DNA from: Mytilus californianus
Lineage: Eukaryota
DNA length: 64,000 nucleotides
Assembly: GCF_021869535.1 (NCBI RefSeq)
Contig: NW_026262615.1
Span: 16,368,001-16,432,000 of the forward strand
Direction: 5' to 3'
The notes beneath the pieces are model-generated. The model did no database searches and was not told where the DNA came from. It saw only the letters and a program-made list of their open reading frames with translations. The translations under genes and the position numbers were made by a program. This document shows positions 38,100 through 51,591 of the stretch, piece after piece. Within the stretch, counting starts at the first letter, position 1; every line of letters starts with the position of its first letter.

Positions 38100-38740
38100 G
38101 AGAACTTTGATTGGTGAATATTGTATCCAATTAATATCAGAGTAAGAGTATGCGGATATCAATGGTCCACTGAAGCAAAATGTTGATAAAATTTTAACTG
38201 TTTTATGTTAATTCATGTCAGTAGGACTAGGTTTACATTAAAAGTTTTTTATGTGTGCTTTAGTGCAATTTTAAGATTTCATTATCAGGCGATCATTCGT
38301 AAACTGCGTCAACAAATTTCTTTTGTTAGAAGACTTTATAAAAAAAAAGTATTCAAATGAGTTGCAATATAAGTTATTTTCGGCAGAAAAAAAATATTTT
38401 TTTAAAGTTGTTTCCTTAAAATAATGATTTATATAATAACAGAATTAAAATATAATACTTTGTACTTTGAAAATATAAACTTAAGTGCATGCAAACCAAA
38501 GTGTTTTCTCTTTTGTTTTCTTTTTATCTTTTTAAGAAAATGATAAAAATCAGGATATAGTTAATTATGTTACAGTTAAAAACAAATATCACAGCACTTA
38601 GATTTGTACTTAAAAAAAGAGTATTATATTTTGTCTGGTGCACCAAAATTTTCATTATAAAGATTTAACACCTTTTGGATGAAGAAATGGTTTATAATCT
38701 TAACCTTTTCATCATTTATGAAAACTACAATGTTGTGTTT
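38100..38740. repeat. Segment present in three direct copies (38100-38740, ~41850-42400, ~42850-43700)
   Basis: Shared blocks such as ttgattggtg, gtatgcggatatcaatggtcca, ttcattatcaggcgatcattcgtaaact, aaaccaaagtgtt and atcatttatgaa...aatgttgtg. Confidence 0.8.
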
Positions 38741-40121
38741 AAAAAAAAAAGTCGATTCGACATCTGTGTTTGGAGGAGTTGGTGTTGCTTGATCTTTAGA
38801 TTTCTCTTAAGTGTTTTCTATAATACTATCTTTTCTGACCGGACGTGGCTGTGTAATTAATTGTACATCCCGCACAACTAAACGGAAGGCCCACTTTGGC
38901 AAAAGTTTTACTGCTGGTTGATAGAAGACCAGAGTGACCATATCTCTAATTCCATGTCACCCTTGGGTTCCTTTGATTTGGAAACGTATCAGATATGTTG
39001 ATTTGATAAGTTTTAGTGGTATTTTACGTGTTCATGTTAGAGGTTTTAGAAACTTATCCTGCTTGAAATCTATAACTTCCATCTAATAATTGTAAGTATG
39101 GAACAGAAAGCAGATGGAACGGGTATTAGCAGTAATCATATCAACAATTGTAGGCATGCTAGGCTTACCGGTAAATTGTCGCAAATTTAAAAAAAATATT
39201 TTAGAGCAAACAAAATACTGATTGCAAAACGTCATGGCAAATTATCGTCAAAATATTTCATCGTACTATTATTTTATTTGACAAAAAAAAACTTTTCTAT
39301 GCGTCAAAACCTGAAGATAATTTGAGGAATGTTAAGCAGATCTTGCTCATCTAGTCGCAGCCGTCATGTTACTCATTTAAAGAGCACATGGTGATTAGTC
39401 TCATTGATGATGTCACAGTCGAGAAAACGAGTAGTTATCAGGAGTCAAAGCATGGAACATGTGCAAAAGCTTGACAATGTCAGACGTGCATTAAGGGATA
39501 AAATGGTTCTATGATAGACTTTAAAAGTCACCAGTCAAATTAGAAAGTGAAAAGCTGCATCATTAAACCAACTCATGACGAAGACCCTAGAAATCTGAAG
39601 AAGTGACTTATGTCACTCAATACGCTAAAGAGTCATCAGAATTTTCTATGTTGAGTTCATTCAACAATTTAACCACACATGAAGCGCTATTCGTTTGCGT
39701 AAGACTCATCCATTTGAATCTTAATAGTTGAAAAACATTTCAAAATAAACTTGTTGGAGAAAGTTTTGAGTAAATAACATATGTCCGTGAAATCACAATC
39801 ATTATAATGAACATATACCATATCAATGAGGTTATCAGTAGGCTATGGCAGATTGCATGTACGAACAAGAAGCTTGAATTGAAAAACCATTTTGTTTGTC
39901 ATAGATCGAAGTTTTCAGTTGTCCACTAGTATCAAATTCAGGAAAAGGATCTTGATTCGATGGTTATCCTCATCAGTAGACTGGTTCCCGATCGCAATAT
40001 TCAGTATGTTACACATATACCAATATAACAGCGTATGGCTATTAGCTAATACCTGGAACGTAGTACCGGGAACCAGAATACCTCATCCGAATCTAAAGGA
40101 CTATAGGTTATTTTATGTTAA

Positions 40122-40396
40122 GGTGGTACCTAACACTACAGGGAGATAACTCTGTAAAAATCAGCTAAACGTTTTAATAACGTTGTATTGTAAAGGAAAT
40201 ATTAAGCTTCTCAATGATCAAAATTAGTGTTTGTCAATCTGCTATATAACCAATGAAATTTTTCTGATAAAGTGGTTGGTTCAAATTTTTTTGAAATTTT
40301 TATATTTTTGTCAAAGGGTCAAAGTAAACATTTTGTCAAAATTTTATGAAAATTAAACGAGCCAAATTAATATTAGTCAAGGTGTTGGGTACCACC
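40122..40396. mobile_element. Kolobok-type MITE, TTAA TSD
   Basis: ttaa|ggtggtacctaacac ... gtgttgggtaccacc|ttaa. Confidence 0.85.
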
Positions 40397-43300
40397 TTAA
40401 TACCCCAAAATAAAAATAACGTCAAGTCATTGGTTGATTTTATATTGCTAAGGAATCACGACATTTTGATGTACTCTTTTGAACAATTATAAAAATGCAT
40501 TAGATTCTGAAACGACAAATTTAGAATATACCAAAAAAAGAGAAAATACCTCAAGGAAGTCGCAAAAATCTCATAACTTAGCCAGGCAGAGTGTGTAGAC
40601 AAGGTATGCATTTACCTCTATGCATGTAGCATGCCCCATGCGAATGATACCTCGAGTGAAATTGTCACAATGGGGACACGGACACACTTGGCGAACTTTT
40701 AAGATCAGACGACAATTCTTGCAGTTAGCCGTGTATATCTCGTTAATTGCAACAGACGCATACCGTTCCGTGTAACAAAAAAGACATTTGTTTTGCTCTG
40801 TACTGTCCATAACGACAGGTTTACATGAATATATATTAATATGCACGTAATCGCTGCTATATGTGTGAAAGATTTTCGTCAATATATCTGTAAGCCCCAG
40901 TAAAGGATTTCAAAGGAAATATAACCCGGCAAATTTGTACAAATGTGAATCAGAAATAAATCAAATTCGTGACAATTTGTTAATCCATCTAGCTTATCTT
41001 TTACATTTCTTTGTGTTGGATTAATTCTATTGTTAAAATGTTTGTTTGTCATATGGAAAACCACCTTGACGATAATAAGTTACTCCATCGGACACTTATC
41101 TTTTTCTATAGATACTGTTTTTATGTACTCTTTTGTATGTTATCATAAGCTCTGTTATAGGTTTTCGGTCTGATACTGTCCGGACCTTGCCAAAAAAGTT
41201 TAAAGTATTGGTATTCCGTCTTTTGGTAATTATAGCTGGAAAACTCCCGGTTATAGAAACACAGCCTCAGCTAATTAATGAAACAATAATAGGCAACAGT
41301 AGTTTACCGTCGATCCATTTTGAAAATAAAAAATATAAAAGAAAGGAATTGAAGAAAGAAAGAAAGAAAGAAACAAACAAAAATCTTTGATAATGAACTT
41401 AATGATGTTTCCGATTTACGGTTTGACATATTGTAACTCAAGATTTTTCCTTGAATATGCATTAAACTCTTTGTCCAAAATTTAGTAACTTAATTTCGTT
41501 TTCTTCTGTCAGAGTAAAATTCTTTTGTCCCATATATTTCATATCATTAATACAGCTACATTTTTACCATCAAAAATGTATTCCAAAATCAATCGAGTGA
41601 CCTGTCATTGTTTTTATATATTGTTTTATGTATAACGCATTATCTCGTCAAAAAGACGTAATTTGGGGGAATTCAGAAGAGATCATTCGTAATATTGTAC
41701 TCGTACAAACTTATGACCAAATTACGTCTGGAAGGGCTACTCATACGCATTGGTATTTCGTTACTAAAATTCATGCCATTTAGGCTTTGGAGGATGATTG
41801 TATCATTAGAAATCATTCTTCATCTCCTTATTTCATGTAATTAAAATATTTTACGTTTTCACAAAATAATGCCACAACCTGACTTTGCTGGAAAAAAGAT
41901 TCGATTCAGTTTGCGAATTCAAATATTAGTAAAAGTGTTAGAAATGGAGATTATTGGCTATGATTCATTTTCAATATTTGTATAAAAGAATCGAGCTTTG
42001 AATATGTTTATCATTTTTTGGTTCTCTTAGAAATAATTTGATTGTTTAAAATACTTGTTAGACAAATGGGATGGCGAATTTTGATTGGTGAACATGCATT
42101 CAATCCATATTAGAGTTAAGGTACTATGATACAGATTTCAATAGTGCAGCGATGCACCATATAGATTAGAAATTTTGCTGTAATGCACATTAATTTTATG
42201 TTAATGCATGTCAGTAGGGTAGGGTTAACATCATATGTTTGAATAATATTTAGGTGCTATTTTAAGAAATATTACATCATCAGGAGATCAAACCTTTGTA
42301 AACTTTGTCAACAATTTTCATTTTAATTGAAGACCTTATCACACAAATTATTATACTGAGTGCCAATAAAAATTATTTTCGATTCATAAAATTTATATAT
42401 GTTTAAGTTGATTCCTTTGTTTGGTGGATAGTTGTCTAGTATTGTCAATCATACTTCATATTATTGTCATTTTGTTTATTTTCTTTTGTTTCCTATTCTG
42501 ACATCGGACTCGGACTTCTCTTAAACTGAGTTTTATTGTGCGTACTGTTGTGCGTTTGTTTTTTCTACATTGGCTAGAGGTATAGGGGGAGGGTTGAGAT
42601 CTCAAAAAACATGTTTAACCCCGTCGCATTTTTGCGCCCGTCTCAAGTCAGGAGCCTCTGGCCTTTGTTAGTAATGTATCATTTTTAATTTTAGTTTCTT
42701 GTGTATAATTTGGAGTTTCTCGCTGCATTGAAGACCCATTGGTGGCCTTCGGCTGTTGTCTGCTCTATGGTCGGGTTGTTGTCTCTTTGACAAATTCCCC
42801 ATTTCCATTCTCAATTTTATTCATCTCCTTATTTTGAATAATATTAAAAAGCATATACATTTTCACATAATAACGCCACAACTTGACTTTTCTGGAAAAA
42901 AACTTAAATTTTTGCGAATTCAAATATAAGTATCAATATAAAAAAAATGAAATTGTTGGCCATAATTCATTTTCAATATTTATATAAAAGAATCCAGCTT
43001 TAATAATGATAATCATTAATCGGTACTCTTAAAAATAATTTTATTGTGTAAAATACTTGTCAGACAAATGGAATGGAGAATTTTGATTGGTGGATATGTA
43101 TCCAATTAATATTACAGGAATAGTATGCGGATATCAATGGTCCAATGAAGCAAAAGTTTGCTGTTATGCACTATAATTTTATGTTAATTCATGTCAGTAG
43201 GGCTTTGTTTACATAACAAGCGTTTAGGAGTAATTTGATACTATTTTGAAATATTTCATTATCAGGCGATCATTCGTAAACTTTGTCAACATTTTTTGTT

Positions 43301-43714
43301 TATGTATAGACTTTAGCAAACAAATATTTTAAGTATGTAGCAATAACAATCTTCGACTAACAATATTTATTTTTTTAAAATGCTTCCTTGAGATAATAAT
43401 TTATGTTTATTTTTGTAAATAAAATATACTTGAAAATACAAAAGTAAGTAAACCAAAGTGTTCCTTTCTTCTTCCTTTTTTAAGGAAAATGGTAAAACAA
43501 AAAAACTAGATCGATTTTTTTTGTTCTTAATTAAAGACAAATATCACAACCATTAAACATTCTAACTTCAAAAAGTCATCAAGTATTATATTTTGCCGAT
43601 GATTTATTGCACAAAATCTGCCTTAAAAACAATTTTTGGTACGGATATCGTTTTTGTTGTCCGATCCTTTCAATCATTTATGAACACTAAAATGTTGTGG
43701 ATTCTAATAAAGAA

Positions 43715-44450
43715 ATTGTCTACTTTGTCTATCCAAAGGGCCAAGTGAGCTTTTCTCCTAACTTTTACAACAAATCTTCTCCTCTGAAACTACTGGGTCA
43801 ATTTTATTCAAACTTGGCGACAATCACCATTGGGGTATCTTATTTCAGAAATGTGTCTTCTTATAGGAGTTATTGTCCTCAATTGACAAATTTTAATACT
43901 TTTTTACATTTTTGCCTATTATCTTGAAAACTATAATAGATAGAGAGAAACTTTAAAATGCAAAAATGTTTAGCATGACAAGTTCTTCAAATGAGTCTTA
44001 TGGCCGAAATCGTCAGTCGACTCCTTATTAGAGTTATTGCCCTTTGATGACGATTTTTACCAATTTTGTGCGTTTTTGCATTTTATCTTAAACATTATTA
44101 TAGATAGATAGAAACTTAATAAGCAAAATGATCAGCAACACAAGATCTACAATTAAGACAACATGCAGAAAATCATCCGACGACTCCTTATTGGAGTTAT
44201 TGCCCTTTAATGACGATTTTCACAAATTTTGTTTGCGTTTTGCCTTATATGATAAAAATTGAAATAGATGAATAGAAACTTAAGATAGCAAAAATGATCA
44301 GCAAGGCAAGATCTACAAACAAGTCAATTTTTGCCGATATAGTCACAAGATCAACAAAAAAGAGAATTTTGTCATGAATTCTATTCACGGCTGCAAGTTG
44401 AATATGCGCATAGACCTAGGCGAGCGACACAGGCTCTTTAGAGCCTCTAG
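43715..44450 (-). mobile_element. HINE-like element
   Basis: aagggccaagtgagcttttctc at one end and gagcgacacaggctctttagagcctctagtt at the other. Internal ~170-bp repeats (ggagttattgccc). Confidence 0.6.
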
Positions 44451-45108
44451 TTCTATTTGACGCCGGTTTTCGTCTGATTTTATGTTGCCCAATCTTTAGT
44501 TTTCTATGTTGTTTTTCCCTTCATCATTTCTAATTTTGTTGCCATGAATTATGTCGGTTTTTTCGGCTTTTGAAATTTGATTGTCCCTTTGGTATCCTCG
44601 GACTCTTTTTTGCTAATATGCTAAATCTAGTACTTTTTCATAACAGCTTACATCGTATTTTCAAATCTGTTTCGTTTTAGCAGTATTAAGTTTCAAAACT
44701 AAAACGCTATTTACCTTCTTTAATTTTTCAAAGTTGTTGATAGTGTTCGTGTTGCTAAATCTTTAGTTTTCTATCTGATGTTTTATGGATTTGTTCGTCT
44801 TTTCGTCGTTTTTCGTTTATTGACAAAGCATTGTCACCTTTTCTTCGACTTTTGATTCTGAATGTCCCTTCGGTATATTCTGCCTCTTTTATTCAAGTAG
44901 ATATATATATAATTTTGTTAATTTTAAATAGCAGTATGTAAAACAAATTTGAAAGTTCATAAATTTCGATGCAGGGAACACCCGTGATATATTATTAGGT
45001 ATTCATTTTCTATTTTTTGGAAAGCAGCGAACTATTTTTTCGAGGAAATGCATATTTTAATCGGTATGTATATGTTTTTTGGAATAGATTTTTTTCCTTC
45101 CCACTTTT

Positions 45109-45163
45109 TTGATTTGAGTCTTTCGTAGACGAAACGCGCGCCTGGCGTACCAAATTATAAGCC
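45109..45163 (+). ncRNA. Degenerate type-I hammerhead-ribozyme-like motif (Penelope pLTR type)
   Basis: ttgatttga-GTCT-ttcgt-AGAC-GAAAC-gcgcgcctggcg. Stem II and GAAAC are intact, but the CUGAUGA core is altered. Confidence 0.35.
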
Positions 45164-45968
45164 TATAATGTCAAAAAAATGCTACTGTGTATTAAATCAT
45201 AAAAAAATCAAAAACAAAAACAAACAAAAAACTGATTTCATCATTCGACCTTTAAGTCTCGGAATAATACTGAAAATGATTTATTTATTTATTAATTTAT
45301 TTGACCAAATAGACATTATCTTACGAATACTGTTATGTGCCTTGCATATTTAAATTAGAAATAGTGAAGGAATGAACAAACATATTCAGTAAAGTAATTT
45401 TTCGTTATGAAAATTCATTTTGTTAATATATCACAGATGTAAGCGTCTTCTTTATTCTGTACAAAATGAAATGCGAATATATATTTCATTGACAATACTG
45501 TCAAAACTGCTATACAAGTGACAAAGAAAACATAAGCGAATCTTACAATCCTACAAACATTTTTTTTTATTTGAATTGTTGATGTTAATAGTACACGCTC
45601 CTTTTTTACCTCTGTGTTGTAATTGTTTTGAGAATTTCTTTTGATGTTCAATTAACACATTTTATAGGTTTGGTTGATGCAAATGTATTTCCTTATGGAG
45701 TCTGCTGAAGCAATACTTTTTTTTATAACCAGGATTATTTACGGGAAAAAAATCAGCAGTTTCACTTACTTACGTATATATTTATTATGAGAGTTCATGC
45801 CTTATGGCGTGTGTCAAACTTATTATCCATTAAATTATATACTGATTTTATCTATACGCCTCTGTGGTGTTGATTTCTTTTCTTATGGTTCGATGACCAA
45901 ACTTTAAATTATTTCCGTATATTTTCATTCGCTAATGTTTTACCCAATGAAATGCAAGTTTACTTCAA

Positions 45969-45975
45969 TATAAAT
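45969..45975 (+). promoter_or_regulatory. TATA box of paralog B
   Basis: TATAAAT 70 nt upstream of the ATG at 46039. Confidence 0.55.
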
Positions 45976-46038
45976 GAGAAGCACCGCGAAGTTCAAATCA
46001 AACAACACTCAACTCATTCTAGAATAGAAATAACAGAT

Positions 46039-49000
46039 ATGGCTATTCTACGAATTTTGGTAAGTAATTGAATATTTTTTAGACTTTAAAATAATAAAAC
46101 ATCTACTTAGATGTAGTAATAAATGAATAAATCTATACTTTTATAAACTGAATTTATTCTCAAAAACTTATGATTTTACTATTATTTAAAATGTAGTTTC
46201 TTAATTTGAATATTTATTCTCTTAACTTTTGTGTTATTTCTCATAATTTCTCTTTTTGTGAACTTATCGAAAATTAAAATGTATGAGTTCTAAAATTGGG
46301 TTTCTTAAGATTTTTGGTAGCTTGCGTTTGGTCAAATCAAGAGTTTTATTATCGTCAAATAATTATATTGATATTAGGACTCTTTTTGTACGTATTTATT
46401 CAATAGTAAAATATCGAAATGTATCGTTTCTTGTTTAGCCAATACTAATGCTCTTCAATCACAAACTGTTTGATTGATTAATTGGTAGCTACTTAACGCC
46501 CAATGACAAATATTTAATGCATATTCATGAAAAACAATTTTGATTGAATGATATATTATATTAGGCATATATTTTTACAAGAATACATTTGATTCTAGGG
46601 CGGCAAAAATGTAGGTTTGAATATAGAACGAATGGTGGAAAGAAAAAACTGCTTCCACTGTAGCATTACACTGATTAAGCCGAAACTATGTTAAAGCCAA
46701 TATAAAAAAAAACCGTACTTTCTCCTATTATTTTTCAATGTAGCCATCCAGTTTACACTTTGGAATTTCGGTGTATAAGATTCTTCAAATAATTTAAAAA
46801 CAAATGGCTGACGAATGAGAAGTCAGAATAATTGCCCCCACCCCCTTTGTTCACCGGCCTTTCATTATAATATCATATTTATATTATAGGGGATTGTGTT
46901 ATGTTTTTCTGCTGTTGTCAACTGTCAGATTTGTGCATCGGAGGCGAAAACTGAAGATCCATTCCAAGGAAAAATAGAAGATGAAAGGGGCTATCCAAAG
47001 TAAGTTAATAACAATTTAACACAATTAGCATCTTTCTGAAGGTCATGTTCGTTTGCCGTTTTTAGGTTAGCTCTTTGGGAAAGGGGAGGGGTCATTTAGT
47101 TGCAATTCAATACATTTACTATAATATTTTTTATTTTTCGCAGACATACATGTATTTTGACAGCTTTTCTATAGACCAGGAAAATAAAAACGTGGAGGGA
47201 TCTGTTCAAATTTTTAAAAATAGTTTTAAATACAAAGTTGTATTGCATTTGTAGGTTATAGATGGAATAAATATAAAATTCTATTAGTTTGTAGTTTGGT
47301 TTCTATTGTAACGTTTTTACAGAGATTCGGGTGTTTTCTAGTGATATGTTTGATTGTATGTTCTTTTGTTCTTTTATGTACCTTTTGTTCGTCAAATGAT
47401 TGACAGAAATATAGCGACAGTAAATTATCGATGTTCAAATGTCATAAATCGATTAAAATGAGACAAATCAAGGTTACAACCAAACAATGAGGGAATCGCA
47501 TGAACCTCAAAAGGAGCGAGACCGGATGTATCGACAGTGTGTTGACGGCAAATCATTTTCAGCGCCTGTTTAATATATTTTTAATTGTTTGGACCCGAAT
47601 AATAGCTTGACAAATTGCACATCGTGATTTTATTTGTGTCTTTTGAAACAAGCATTGTACCCCTTATTTAAAGATAGTGTTTGGGTAATACGGGACTTCA
47701 AAAACTTGTGATTTGTCTTGCTTTCTTGCTTGTTTTCATTCACAAACGCAAACACTATCAGGCAAACCGTATACATACATGCGGAATCGATAAATGAAAT
47801 TTCAACGTGAGCTATGGTTATAAAAACGCACGTATTTTTTTTCTACCCTTTTCAGAGCTGAAATAGAAAGTGCATATGAGAAGTTAGACCGGGACACAAA
47901 AACACAGATCAGAAATGATGCTGCTGAAATGGCAACGTTGAGTAAACTGGACTTCCTCCCTGTGTAAGTAATAATGTTTACTTTTTTCCATCTTTCTGTC
48001 CCTCTTTTTTTTCCATTTTTCTGTCCATCTTTTTTCCATCTTTCTGTCCAGCTTTATATCTTTCATTCATCACTAGTTTTCTTTTTTTTTTCTTCCTTTT
48101 TCTCTTAATATGGTTATGATTTCATGAATATTTGTAAAAGGGATATTTGTTTTAGTATATTCTTATTAAAAAGAGACAAAATCATAACAAAATTTGCAAA
48201 AGTTATTAAATTCGAAAATTGGTACAAATAACACAACAAATGATAAATAAAATCCACTTTTATGCACATATAGTATCCTTATAAAATTAATGCACGGCTT
48301 ACAAAGCCATCCAGCTGCGTAGAACAGCGTAGACAAGTAACAGGGGCGGAATCAGTAAATTCAGAAGGGAGCTTAATTGCATAAAAGTAAATATATACCG
48401 CCAAGCGGAGCGAGGCAAAATGTTTTGGAAAATTTTATTTTATAAATGATATTTTTTACATTAAAAAGGGGGCGTACGCACTCTTTGTCCCCTAAATTCA
48501 ACAACTGACTGCAAGATAAGATGGAAAACCATAGCAATATGTCAAGGGCAAATCATACTGTGACTGTGTCGTAGTGACGTATAAATAGAACAATGTAACA
48601 CAGTCAAAAATAAAGATAATAACCAAATGAAATATGACCTGAAAAAAGGAAATATTTAAATGACTTCAATTGTATGAGTGACCTTTACTTCTATTATTTT
48701 AGAGAGGTATTTTGTTGATTCCCTGTTTTTTCCCAGTTATAAAATTTCAGCTTATCGTTTATCCATGCTATGTTTTACATTACAATTACAAATAACAAAT
48801 TAATTCATTGCTTTCATGCATTCTTATTTTTCAGTTCGTTTTTGTCATCTTCCCTCTGCCCCCACAAATTTGTCACAGTCTATCCAAGAGGATGGCATTT
48901 CCTAAGCAGTAGTTTAGGAAAGTGTTGGATTCTCAATAATTGGTGGAATACTCCTCTTTCGTACGCTGTTTGCGCGTAAGTACACATATAATAGAAATTT

Positions 49001-50583
49001 TAAAAATGTATTTATTCAGGGGAGGACAAACGTTATATAATTTACACAACAACATTAGTGTAATGTAATTAATGTAACATTAATTAATATTAACATTAAT
49101 GTAAATAACAATCCGGGTATAATTTTTGCAAAAACGAAAATGAAAGTATTTAGAACGCACCACATCATAACCCTGCTCTTGAATGACATATGATATTAGG
49201 TATATATACCTTTTGTCCAGATTGGAATAACAATACAAAAATGTTCCTTCAATACATTCCTCAAACATTTGGTTATATGCTTTGTCAACAATTTGGTCTC
49301 GCATCAACTTTTTTCAGTTTAGAAACTTGCGATAAATCCAATAGGGTTCAAAATACAATGCTCACAAATGCCCATTCAATCACACTTGACAAATTGCCCA
49401 GGGAAATTGTTAATCTGCATATATTTGTGATAACCTTTGCTATAACTGTTCATTATAGGCGAAATTTACTATCCGAAGTGTAATTGTCCTTCTTTTTATG
49501 GTTACAAATTTGTAAATTTGTAAACGTTAATATTTGAAAATCGAAAAGCTCTGAAAATGCTGGAATTGTGTTGGCATATTCTAAGAAGTCGTCAAAATTT
49601 TAAAACGATTAAGTGGTCAAATTCGACAGAAAGACTTTCGGTTTAAATTGTTATTAAAAGGAAAATACATTTAGGGGTTGCGATTCTATGGGTACTCAGT
49701 ATGAATGGAACTATTAGGTGTGTTCTGATAAGTATCAGAAGGGAGGGATAAGATCTCACAAAACATGTTTAACCCCGCCGCATTGTTGCGCCTGTCCCAA
49801 GTCAGGAGCCTCTGTCCTTTGTTAGTCTTCTATGATTTTTTAAATTTTAGTTCATTTATATTTTTCGGAGTTTAGTGTGACGTCCATTTTGACTGAACTA
49901 GTACACATTTTTGTTTAGGGGCCAGCTGAAGCCCTTCTCCGGGTGCAGGATTTTCTCGCTGTGTTGAAGACCCTTTGGTGGTCTTCGGCTGTTATCTGCT
50001 CTTTGGTCGGGTTGTTATCAACAAAATAATAGTATGTCAACCAGTCACTATAGTGAGCATTATATCTTTTCATTCGTTTGCTCGTCCGTTCGCACTGTTG
50101 ATACTCCACGATTGAATGGATTTCAATAATACTTTCAGAAAGTCTCATTACTGGCCGATCTACGGCGTATTATACAAGTGAAGAGTACAACAATATTATT
50201 TGATAAATAAATCAATAACGTAAAGCTTCGACTTATTGATCGAATAAATTTGTGGGAAACGGGAATATCAGATAAAAGATTTATAACAGATAGTAAAAAG
50301 AAAAAGAAATTAAAAAGTTTAAACTATAGAAAATGAATCCCTTATAACAATTTTTTTTCTTACTTATGTCTGCATCAATTCCCCACACGAATAACATTAT
50401 TCTTTATTGTATATTTGTAGGACAAAATCATGTCAAGACCTACCTTGTTCTGCTAAAAACTACCGTTGTACACCCTCGAACCACAAGGGTTACGTAGCTT
50501 GGACCTATTGTCCAGGAAAAGGATTCAGTCGCAGATGGTTTACATTGCCTCAGTGTTGTGAATGTCAAAGATTTAAATGTTGA
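46039..50583 (+). CDS. Secreted Spaetzle/neurotrophin-like cystine-knot protein, paralog B, 180 aa, 5 coding exons
   Basis: Exons 46039-46059, 46890-46999, 47856-47963, 48835-48975, 50421-50583. Introns are GT-AG, phases 0,2,2,2, and the CDS sums to 543 nt. Protein: MAILRILGIVLCFSAVVNC (signal)...SLCPHKF...KCWILNNWWNT..SYAVCATKSCQDLPC..YRCTPSN...WTYCPG...TLPQCCECQRFKC*. Cys spacing is colinear with paralog A. Confidence 0.87.
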
Positions 50584-51591
50584 GAGAAAGAGAGAAAGAG
50601 AGAGAGACCCAGAACATTTTTGATCAAACAAAATATAATCCTGTATTAAATACGAATATTGGACTGAAAATTAAATCTTGATATAATTTGGAATTTTTAG
50701 TTGTTTCTTTAATAACATGCATATCGAATGGGGTGAAGATTTTATCCTTTACTCCATTTAATGTCATCCTATCGGACGTGATATGTAGCATGCACATCCA
50801 TGCAAAGACAACCCGACAATGAACATTATACTAATTAAACTAGGTAAAATAAACGTATAAAGTCCCTTTTAATCTTAGTTTTATCTAGTCAGGCATATGA
50901 ACTGTAATTTATGAATTTGATAATTACACAAAGATTCAGTGGAAGAACATAAACAGACAAAGAAATTAAAGCACGTAAACTATACAAAAAAAAAATCTAA
51001 GTGCACTGCAGTTGAGAAACAGGACAGCAGAACACAAAAATGAAACATTACAATTTCGCCATTACAGACTATAATGCATTCTGTGCAATAGTTTCAAACA
51101 CGTACACCACATTTTGTGATTGGTTAAAACGTTATGAAATTCAACCAATGACGTGACGTTATTTTTATTTTGAAGAACAAAGTTATTTAGAATTTCTGAA
51201 TCATTGACTAATGGATATGGGTTTGGCTCATTGTTGAAGGCCATACGGTGACCTATAGTTGTTAATTTTCTTTTTCATTTTGTCTCTTGCAGAGAGTTGT
51301 CTCGTTGGCAATTATACCACTTCTTATTTTTATAATACATAGTATCGTAAATTGTGATATTGAAAATTCACACAATTTTTGGAATGAATGGTGAGGTTAG
51401 TTACTTAACGAAATCTTGCTACCTTTGAAAAGGGAAAGTGTTCCTTAGTCCGTTTTTGTCCGCTCCATGAAAGCGAAGTCGAATTTGTTCATTTAATGCT
51501 AATGGGATTACTTCATATTACAACTATCATACAAAATCATGCAAAGTGTTGTCGTTGAATTTTTTCTGTCCAATAAGGAATTTCGTGTTAA

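Noticed and set aside
39340-40100. Stretch with protein-like fragments (e.g. VH*YQIQEKDLDSMVILISRLVPDRNIQYV)
   Set aside because: Many stops and no motif that could be assigned with confidence.
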